This document shows, in pieces, positions 40,744-50,566 of a stretch of 51,276 nt of DNA. Both the position numbers and the translations under genes were made by a program. Origin of the DNA: Vermamoeba vermiformis (taxonomy: Eukaryota); the NCBI GenBank assembly GCA_045837725.1, contig JBEWZL010000219.1:248001-299276 (forward strand), read 5' to 3'. The notes under the pieces were generated by a model. That model made no database searches, was not told where the DNA came from, and saw only the letters and a list, made by a program, of their open reading frames with translations. The first letter of the stretch is position 1. The number at the start of each line of letters is the position of its first letter.

Positions 40744-41345
40744 TTCGTTTGAAATTCAGTCATGGAACTATAGTCCTCGAGTACTTAAGCAGTGTGCTCG
40801 AAGCAGTTACAGAATAAAGTGAATGGGAGTTGTCAGAAAATAGTTGTGATAAGTTGCGGGGAACGCGACGGAATAATTCAGAACCGATAACCAGAAATCG
40901 TGCGAGATTGCCAAAACTGCCGTTAATGATTAATAAACTTAACGCTGTAGCACTACACTTACGGGCACTACGGCAGAGGAAATGCTATTATGACGCTGCT
41001 GGGAAGACGGATTAGCATCCACAAACCAAACTTAGCCGATGAAACAGACTCGGCGACTGTAGTTGGTGCGATAAAGATTGTAGTCGATGGACAAACACGA
41101 GTGCTCCGACGAGCAAGTTGCTGAACGTGGGTTGGCATCTCACCTGTGATTTGGATTTGGTCGGTTTCTTTGAAGCATTAAATTTATTAAATTTCCCTTC
41201 AATTACAATATGAAGTAGAACTAAGAGGTGCGATAATTAGAGTTTGAATGCCGAATAATAGTCTATTTCAAAATCCAAAACAAAAAAATCTGTAAATTCC
41301 TTTAGCGATGGATACCTAGTAGATTGCCTAATATCGCGCGAATTT

Positions 41346-41394
41346 AATCAGCCAATCACAGCTAAGATTTTTTTTTGGCTGATTGTGATTGGCT
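41346..41394. promoter_or_regulatory. Inverted CCAAT-box cluster in the divergent promoter between the His kinase and ankyrin-CobW genes
   Basis: AATCAGCCAATCACA ... TTGGCTGATT GTGATTGGCT contains 10- and 11-bp inverted matches around CCAAT. Confidence 0.4.
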
Positions 41395-41581
41395 AAAAAC
41401 AAAAAACAAACTACAGCCCTTTGCGTCATCTTGGCTTAGCTTGTTTAAACGTGGGTACTATAGTGTAGCACTAGTTGTGGTCGTGGTATATTGCATTGCA
41501 TTGGCACCGCTAACAAAAATCTTTACCTTGATCCCTGATCGACCCTGATTGACCCTGGTAGAATATTACATTTAAACAAAA

Positions 41582-43736
41582 ATGAGGTAATCTTTTGTAA
41601 TATCAGTAATTAGACAACACTGAGCTTGCCATTCGTAGTATCGTTGAAGCTGCCGAAGTTGGAAATTATGATTTGGTGAAAAAACGCATCTTGTCCGATA
41701 GAAGTCAGCTGCACATAACCAACTCAGTCGTACGTACTCGTTATCTCCTTAATTATTTATTTAACAAATATTAATAGGGATTCTCTGCGTTGCACGAAGG
41801 TAAGCTGGCTAATTGAATCTGCATTAAAGTTCCCCTGGCCTAATTTTTGCTGAAGCTGCACAAGAGGGCCATGAGGATATAGTATTTTTATTATTAAAGC
41901 AAGGAGCTGATCCGAATCTAACGGATTCTGCTGGAGAAAGTCCGCTGCACCTTGCGAGTTACTTCGGGTCAGTGTTTTTTAACTATACGATCTATCGGTA
42001 ATACTCTAATTTAATATTAATATTGCAGTCATGAAGAGATTTGTCTACTGCTTCTTGAGGCAGGCGCAGATCCAAACGCAGTGAATAAAAACCGAGAGAC
42101 TCCTTTGTTCGGTGCCGCAAAGAAGTCGCGAAAAGGTAAGTATTTACTTTCGCATTTATTTAGTTAAACAATGCATAGTCATCGTGCGAATATTGCTCGA
42201 ATGGGGAGCCGATCCGTCCCTTCGCAACAGACATCATAAGAAGCTACCGGGTGATTACGCTACGGACAATGAGGTGGTTCAACTATTGAAAGGTATGAAT
42301 TCCAGACCTTGGAATATCGTGCTGACCGCTTACGCAGATCCCACTTTGCGCGGACTCGTGCCAAAGAAACGTATTCCAGTAACGGTCTTATCTGGCTTTT
42401 TGGGTGCAGGAAAGACCACAACATTGAACGCCTTGCTTCAAAATCAGCAGGGACTGAAGGTAGCAGTGATTGTGAATGACATGAGTGCAGTGAACATCGA
42501 CGAGAGATTGATCACACGTGTCCAAGAGAAGGTCGTAGCGCTGTCTAACGGCTGCATCTGTTGCACACTGCGAGAGGATCTTTTGAAGACCGTCGCTCAA
42601 ATAGCTGATTCGCGCTCGTTTGATTATCTCGTCATCGAGTCCTCTGGTACGTCTTGTTTCAGTTCAATTTTCAATCAAGGCAATTAATCGGACATGCAGG
42701 AATATCTGAGCCTTTGCCGATTGCAGAAACGTTTACGTTTGACGATGAATCTGGCGTGTACTTGAAGCAGAAAGCCAAACTTGATACTTTGGTTACACTA
42801 GTAGATGCCAAACACTTCTTGGAGCAATACAACAGCAAGGAGAGCTTGCAGGAGGTTCAAATGGCTGCTTCGAGCAGTGACACGCGCTGCATTGCAGATT
42901 TACTCATCGAGCAAGGTTAGTTTTCACCTTACCTTTTTCTCGGCGCTAACATTTTACCTGCAGTGGAGTTCGCCAACGTGATTGTGATCAACAAAGCGGA
43001 TCTAGTTTCAGAATCGCAACTTCAACACTTGAAGTCGTTGTTATCGAGCTTGAACCCCGCAGCACGCCTTTTGTCTGCTACATTCGGTTCTGTGCCGCTG
43101 AAGGCTATTCTCAACACAGGTCTCTTTGACTTCAATCGTGCAAGTCAAGCGCCCGGATGGCTGCAAGAGTTACGAGGCACGCACAAACCCGAAACACTCG
43201 AGTTTGGAATTTCGTCATTCGTTTACGAGGTAAGTCTAATAACTACGTAGTTACTAGACTGTATCATATACTAACCCAAGGCTAGGCTACTAAACCGTTC
43301 CATCCTACTAAGCTAAACAAAGCGTTGGTGGGTGGCAAGCTTGAGCGCGTTGTTCGATCAAAGGGATTCGTGTGGCTGGCCAATAGTCCGCAGCACCAAT
43401 GGGTTTGGTCTCATGCAGGTAAGCTCGAACCGGTTCTTTGGTACCTGGTATTTGCTAACGAAGTACTTAGGCAGCGTTTTTCGCTTTGAAAGAGGAGGTC
43501 AGTGGCATCACGATCACGATCACAGCCACACACACGACGAGGATTGTGCACTCGTAGCTAAGAAGCAGTGTTTGGTGTTAATAGGAGTTAACATGGATCA
43601 CGCCTTGGTGAAGCATGTGCTCGAGCAGTGCTTGTGCGACGAAGAACTGCCCAACCTGAGAAGCGAGCCATTTGGTAGTATGGATAAGCTCGTAATTACT
43701 GCTGACGTTATTTCATTATAAGTTGGACCTAATTGA
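41582..43736 (+). CDS. Ankyrin repeats fused to a CobW/COG0523 (ZNG1-like) metallochaperone GTPase
   Basis: Ankyrin exons ([33 protein letters not shown]) splice into [52 protein letters not shown] and RSKGFVWLA, plus a His-rich [10 protein letters not shown] segment. Confidence 0.9.
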
Positions 43737-43977
43737 CGTGTCAATCATGTTTTTTCTTCACACAGTAGATACTACAAAGCAGCAAAGACTAAACGATAAT
43801 TGCCTTTAATTACCGCCGAATATTTGATCATTATTTAGTGCACGCAAGAATTAATTTGTTGGGACTTTCTTGCATTTCGTTCATCTGTGGAGATCGGCAG
43901 CAAAGGTAAAAAACTGACAGTCGATCGCTAACCGTGCCATTAACGTCGATAAATCCTGATTCTCCGTTTACTTCACA

Positions 43978-46310
43978 ATGGTAATCACAATAACAATGAG
44001 GCGTGGTCTTGCATCGTTGTTGTTAATTTTATTTTTGGGCACGCGATCGACTTCGTTCGCCCAATCTTGTCAAACTTTATTTACCTTCGACGATGGTACT
44101 GTACAAGGATGGAATTATGGAACATCTCCAGATTATTCTGCCTCCTTTGCCACGAGCGTAGGAGCCTCGCAGAGTCACGCAACGAGTGGAAGTTATTCGC
44201 TTCAATTAGGCTTCAATAATATGGGTGGCAAACAATACGCTGCTTATTACGTCGAAAATACGGGAGGATGGGCGTTGTCTGCATACCAATCGATCAAATT
44301 CAATTTGGATCTTTCAGAAACAGGTAAATTAAATATTTATTTTCGTTAAAGGACTGTGAGATTAGCCAAATCAATTTTACGATATTTATTATCATACTAT
44401 AGTTTATTTAATGACGCAACTGTTTCGATTAAATAGTCAAATAACTCTTTATCTGCAGATTTGGTCAAGAATGTTAGTGTCGCACTGAGTACGGGTTCCA
44501 GCTGGAATTGGCAAGAAACAAGTCAAGTAACTAGTCTCACGGCAGGTAAGTCTTTCACATTATGCGGCTTCGGGCCTCGAATTCTAATCCTTCGCAGGAT
44601 CCAATTCAATCTCGATTCCAATTTCTTCGATTACTTCCCTCAATGAAGTGCATCGCATCGCTATATTACTGTTCACGACTAGTGGTTCTGGGAGTGCCTT
44701 TGTCGATACCATTCAATTCTGCCCGACAACCTCTTCCCCTCAAGCGTCAGCCCCAACTGGTTCGAACCCCCCTCCTGCTCCCGTGTCTTCTACCAACACG
44801 TGCTCACGATTCGTGGCTGCTTCAGGAACCAAATTTGCCGTGGATGGTTGTTGGATGTACGTCTCAGGCACGAACAACTACTATCTGTCGTACCAAGGCG
44901 ACGCTGCCCTCAACGATTTCATGACTGCCATGAGCTCACTGGGCATGAATGTGTTACGCACTTGGGGATTTATTGACGGCGGATCCACTGATGGTACTAC
45001 GAGGTAAATAGATCACCGTTCTGTCCACGCAGCTAACCAAGGTTTCAGATACAACGTTGATCCTCCTGGGCACAAAAACAACGTCATCTTTCAGTACTGG
45101 AACAATGGTGTCGTGCAGAATACGGGTGTAAATGGCTTGAATAATCTTGACAAAATTCTCGCTGCTGCCGCGACGAAGGGAATCAAAGTCATCATTCCCC
45201 TTGTCAACAACTGGAAAGCATTTGGTGGCATGGATCAATATGGTAATAGCCTTTTGCAGCGTTTTGTAGCCAAATCAGTCTGATTATTATCTTGCAGGTG
45301 TTTGGTTCCAAACCGCAAATTTACACGACCAATTCTACACCAACTCGCAATCACGTCAAGCTTTCAAAAATTATATTTCGGTGCTCGTAAATCGCGTCAA
45401 TTCTGTCAATCAGCGCAAATACTCAGAAGGTACGAATAACGTCAGATACTGATAGGCTAACACAAACACCAGATCCGACAATTTTTGCGTGGGAATTAGC
45501 CAATGAGCCTCGTTGCAAGGGCACTGACTGGCCTGCCTCCTCGAACTGCAACACGAAGATGATCGTCGATTGGGTCAGCGAGATGAGCTCGTACATCAAG
45601 TCCATCGATTCAAACCACATGGTCTCTGTTGGCGATGAAGGTTTCTTTAGCAGGTAATTATTTTAGTGATTCATTCTTAGTTACTAATCAATTCGCAACA
45701 AACAGACAAGGTGTGAGTGACTGGACTTATGATGGCAGTGAAGGTGTGGATTTTGAAGCATTTTTGCGCTTGTCAACAATTGACTTCGGCACTCTCCACT
45801 TGTATCCTGAAGACTGGGGCAAATCATCTGACGAGTCTTGGGCCACTAACTTTATCCTTGATCACATCAACGCAGCCAAAAACATTGGTAAACCAGTCAT
45901 TCTTGAAGAGTATGGTTACAAGGATCAAAGCCAGCGCAATAGAATTTACCAGGACTGGCTGGACGTTGTGTACAACAATGATGGTGCTGGAGACTTGGTG
46001 TGGATGTTGGCTGCTGATGTGAATGGATCTCCTTATCCTGACTATGATCAATTCACAATTTACAAGAATTCAGCTGCTGTGAATGTGATTTCACCACACA
46101 TTGCACGCATGAAGCAAAAGAATACTTGTTTCCAGTGCAGTAAGTGCTTAATTCCTTCCATACTCCATCTAATTCCTGAATCTAGCTCCAGGCAGTGCCA
46201 GTCCCAGTTTGGCCTCTCCCAATCCAACTCAAGCTGGTGTGCCATTGACTGCAAGCTCTGCCTCTCAATTGGTGTCAATATGTTTGCCTTTAGTTTTCCT
46301 GCTTTGTTAG
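43978..46310 (+). CDS. GH5 (subfamily 7-like) endo-beta-1,4-mannanase with N-terminal CBM-like module, P/S/T linker and GPI-type tail
   Basis: Signal peptide, then an [11 protein letters not shown] module. Catalytic-domain motifs [37 protein letters not shown] (acid/base), HLYPEDW and KPVILEEYG (nucleophile). The spliced last exon ends [18 protein letters not shown]. Confidence 0.9.
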
Positions 46311-46458
46311 CTTCAAATAAACAGTGTGCAGGCACAAGATTTGGACAGCAACCAATCACATGGTAGCTGGTAAGAGAGTTGAAGTAATGATTGATAGGGA
46401 CAGTTGGGCATTGGTATTTGGTTGTCACAAGTTCTTTTAGTGAAAATCTGTCCTAAAA

Positions 46459-46480
46459 TTAGGGTTAGGGAGGGTTAGGG
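46459..46480 (+). repeat. Interstitial telomere-like repeat TTAGGG TTAGGG AGGG TTAGGG
   Basis: Read directly from the sequence. Confidence 0.75.
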
Positions 46481-46962
46481 ATCCTCCTGTCACGTGACAC
46501 GATCCCGATCCGCGTTGCTAATTAACGCGTAAGTAAATTTTTTATTTATATTGATAATAGGTCCTAACTACAGTATTAGGGCCAAAGGACAGGTCTTTGC
46601 TCGCCACGGGCGAGCGAAGCGAGCCCGTGCAACAGCACCAAATCGCCGGTCCAGCAAATCAAGCTGCTGGACTGCTAAATCAACGCGAACACGTAATTTT
46701 GAACACGTCGCGAACAGAAGCACAACACAGCAGATTTAAGTAAGTTATTTATTGTCATAATAATATCAATTGCTATATTCAATGCTAGATCGTGTCCCGA
46801 GTGACACGAATCTAGATTTAAAATTCAAGACTTTCGGTTATTTAGCTAACCGAAGTCAAATTACATTATAATAAATTACAATAACTAACATATTAATATT
46901 TTAGGTTCTATTTGATTACTTTTGGCCCTTAATTCAATTTCGAGTCAGATTTGAAAACGTAA

Positions 46963-48151
46963 ATGGCCGGTAAGTGTCGCGATTTTTATTTCATTACTTT
47001 CGCACGAGTATTAACAGTTTTTAACAGAATTTTCTTGCAATTATTGCGAGAAGAAGTTCAGTAAAATCGGAAAGTTGAATTTCCACGTCAAAGACTGCCA
47101 CCCCGAAGACGAGACGAGCAAGAAGTGCCCATTATGCAATAAAACATTTGGTTCTGTCTCAAACAAACTGCGGCACGAGCAAACTGGCTGTCCAAAGGAG
47201 CGGAAGATTGTTTGGATTCCGCCCGAGGATGTGAATAAAGAGAAAATTAATCATCGCCATGTGAACCAACGCAATCAATTGACAGACAACTCTCTCGAAA
47301 TTATTCAAATGTTTAAGCAGTACTTGACAGCTGGCAGTACTTCAACCTTTATGCTCAGTCGCGGCAAACAGCAGCTAGAAAAGTCAAGTGTCGAGTCGTA
47401 TGTCAGTCATTTTCGAGTGTATTTAGCATTTGTTGAGGTAAGGTAACTTATTTTGCTTTACTGTTAGCTAACTTAGCACACAGAGTGCAGAAACTGATCG
47501 CGATGTTATTGATTGCTTCCTTCGCGTTAAAACAATTAAAGACTATGTTCGGCACTTGACGGAATCTGAGTACTGTAAGAAGACAATACTTAACAGATTG
47601 CTTGCTTTGGAGAGGTTCTGTGGATTTGTTGAAGAGAAGATTGACAATCTTGCAGCAACCAATCTCACTTCTCGCAAACGCACCAAGCCATTTGAAAAGA
47701 CAGTTGCAGAGACATTTGAGTGGCTCAGTGCCCAGATTAAAGTGTATCGTCCAATCGCAACAAAAGAAACCTTGGCACGTAACAGCCGTGAGACTTACGA
47801 GCAAGAGGGCCGCTGGATATCTCCTCAAAAGCTATTTTCAAAAGAACAAGAGCTTCGAGAGCATATTAACACCTTGATTAGTCAGTGCGAAGCAAATCCG
47901 GATCGAAGGTACTTTTTGTTTGAAAGGTGGTGTGGTTCTAATTTGTAATACAGACCAACAATGGCAGACATCCAAGCTATCCAACGCTATTTGTTGTTTG
48001 TGTTAGTGGTTCGCAGGCCACCAATGCGAGCTCAGAACTTCCAGCTTTTAATACTCGAGAAAGTTGAAAATCCAAAAGAAGCCAAGCACAATGCAGTTGT
48101 TTTTGAAGGGGAAGAAGTCATTTTGCAGTACAGTGAATACAAAACAAAGGC
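46963..48151 (+). mobile_element. Intron-containing C2H2 zinc finger + tyrosine recombinase-like gene (Crypton-like); C-terminal catalytic half not found in the window
   Basis: Spliced MAEFSCNYCEKKF..HVKDCH and CPLCNKTF..RHEQTGC. Integrase core-binding-like helices FKQYL..KSSVESYVSHFRVYLAF and KKTILNRLLALERFCGF. Catalytic-like RPPMRAQNF (R) and YSEYKTK (K). A GTAAGT donor at 48152 has no nearby acceptor leading to HxxR/Y motifs. Confidence 0.62.
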
Positions 48152-48278
48152 GTAAGTAATGTCAATTTGATAATGTAGATTACTAATTTTATATATACTT
48201 GGGGTTGACGGACGTTTGGGTTATGGAAAAAATACTAAGTCGAATGGCCAACGCATGAAATATCCTCTGGACAACACC

Positions 48279-49165
48279 AGAGGTCGTTACCTCCAAGGCG
48301 ACAACATTGGAGGTCGTTACCTTCAAGGTGAAGACATTTAAAGTCAGGCAGGTTGTTACCTTCAAGGCGACAACGTCCAATGTCAGGGAGGTCGTTACCC
48401 TCAAGGCGACAACGTCCAAAGTTAGGTAGGTCGTTACCTTCAAGGCGACAATGTTGGAGGTTGTTACCCTCAAGGCGACAACGTCCATCGTCAGGGAGGT
48501 TGTTACCTTCAAGGTGACAACGTGAGAGGTCGTTACCTTCAAGTCGACAACGTGAGAGGTCGTTACCTTCAAGGCGACAACGTGAGAGGTCGTTACCTTC
48601 AAGTCGACGACATCCAAAGTCAGGGAGGTCGTTACCTTCAAGGCGACAACGTCCAATGTCAGGGAGGTTGTTACCCTCAAGGCGACAACGTCCAAAGTTA
48701 GGTAGGTCGTTACCTTCAAGGCGACAACGTTGGAGGTTGTTACCCTCAAGGCGACAACGTCCATCATCAGGGAGGTTGTTACCTTCAAGGTGACAACGTG
48801 AGAGGTCGTTACCTTCAAGTCGACGACATCCAAAGTCAGGGAGGTCGTTACCTTCAAGGCGACAACGTGAGAGGTCGTTACCTTCAAGGCGACAACGTGG
48901 GAGGTCGTTACCTTCAAGGCGACAACGTGAGAGGTCGTTACCTTCAAGGCGACGACGTCAGAGGTCATTACCCTCAAGGTGACAATGTCCAAAGCAAGGT
49001 AGGTCATTACCTTCAAGGCGACAATGTCACAGGTTGTTACCCTCAAGGCGACAACATCAGAGGTTGTTACCTTCAAAGCGACAACGTCCAAACCCGGGGA
49101 GGTCGTTACCTTCAAGTCGACAAAGTTTCAGGTTGTTACCCTAAAAGCTACAACCTCAAAGGTCA
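48279..49165. repeat. Tandem array of ~26 units (30 or 39 bp) around a 23-bp imperfect palindrome GTYGTTACCYT-C-AAGGYGACAAC
   Basis: Counted by eye. Core GAGGTCGTTACCTTCAAGGCGACAACGT followed by a 2-nt (GA/TG/CA) or 11-nt (CCAAAGTCAGG-like) linker. Units 3-7 are re-duplicated as units 11-15. Confidence 0.95.
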
Positions 49166-49194
49166 ATACATCAGTGCAACAATTGAGTGAAGAG

Positions 49195-50566
49195 TTACAA
49201 TTTTATTTTGTGTTTGAATTTGTTTGCAATCCTACGACACTTTTTGTTAAATCTACGCTTTAATCTTGCAACCTCTTTGTCGTTGGCTGAGCTCTCATCT
49301 TCGCTTTCAGTGCAGTCATCAGAATAATCAGGAAAAGTAACGCTATTAAACATTAGAAATTGATATCAAATTGGATTATAACACATACTTGCAGAGAACA
49401 TCACAATATGGAACAAACATTGTATCAATATCTTCAGATTCTCTCTTTGGTGCAGCAGACTGGTGGTTGCGTGGCTTTTTGACACGCATCTCGCTAGTTG
49501 ATAACGCCTTTCTTTTGGAATGACTTGCCTCAGACTAGTACAATTAGCAAAGCTACAGAGATGGACATCATACTAACCTTTTGCCAAGCAAAGTAATGAG
49601 ATAGTCCTGGCCCTTGGAGAACTGTCGCCATTTTACGCCAATTTTGCGGCAAATCAACAGACTCGCATGTCGAATAACAAATTTCTTCTTTCCGAGAGAC
49701 CAAAGTAACACTGTACCAGCTTACTGTTGTTTCGCGACAAGCTTGTTGTCGAAATGAAAACAGCATCACAGATCTTAAATCAAGCCATCCAAAGTCCATG
49801 AAATCGACACAGTTCAGTGCCGAGGATGACATATGTAAAAACTGACCAATAAATTCAGTGCTCATGCGTTGAAGAAGGTTACGGTTGTGATCATGCTTTA
49901 AAAATTGTCTAGCATTGATGAATGGACGTATTTCTATAAAAGATGTGAGTCTTTTGTATGCTGCAAATCTGGTGATTACCGAAATAATAATATAGCCGTT
50001 GAAGAATCTCATTGACGAGCAACGGACCAAAACCATTAAATAAGCAAGGATCCAGCAGAGCCTCAAACAAAGTGATTTGTCGCAAGTAATCACTTTGAGT
50101 CGACAAGACAGTTGTAAGGTTTGCGGTAAATAGAGCTGATTCTAAGAGGATGTCAGGGCCATAAACATCCCACACCAGTTCAGGCTGAAAGACCACCACA
50201 GATCTGCCAACCCCTTGATCCACCAACAATAGAGTGTTGCCAGTAACCGTTTTCATTGTTAAAGAGGCTTGCTCTACCACAGCCTGTGCCACACTGTCAT
50301 GAGCAGCAAAAACCAAATAACTGCCCTTAGAAATACACAATCGCAATGCCATTCCCTCATTGAACACGATACCAAGCTCTCTCCCCCGTGTTTTTACCTA
50401 CAAATTGTCAATTATACATGTTTTTCAATTTTTTATTACCGCATACAGTTTGTACAGTTAATTTTACTTGCTGTACAAGAGTAGGTTTAATTTCGCAAAA
50501 TTCTTCTAATTTTATCGACTTTTCTAGCCATTGTTGCAACGAAACGCAGTCCGTGTACTCGAGCAT
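49195..50566 (-). CDS. Fpg/Nei-family (NEIL1-like) DNA glycosylase homologue with non-canonical N-terminus (MLEY instead of MPEG)
   Basis: Spliced motifs RGRELGIVF, YGPDIL, TLFEALLDPCLFNGFGPLLVNEILQRL and (across an intron) FEIRPFINARQFL. These align by eye with NEIL1 RGKEL, RGPCVL, ICEALLDQRFFNGIGNYLRAEILYRL and KIPPFEKARSVL. An acidic/basic tail ends at TAA 49195. Middle splice sites are approximate. Confidence 0.75.

Noticed and set aside
41530-41558. Short GA(T/C)CCTGAT-like tandem upstream of the ankyrin-CobW start
   Set aside because: Three degenerate 9-10-bp units, too short to interpret.
46459-46480. True chromosome end
   Set aside because: Only three TTAGGG units, followed by 4.8 kb of complex sequence.
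48189-49115. 308-aa VVALKVTTS repeat ORF as a real protein
   Set aside because: It starts at TTG just after a stop, and its openness is explained by 30/39-bp unit lengths. Not excluded, but unsupported.
48279-49165. CRISPR array interpretation of the palindromic repeats
   Set aside because: Linkers are only 2 or 11 nt and are themselves repeated rather than unique spacers; there are no cas genes and the context is eukaryotic.
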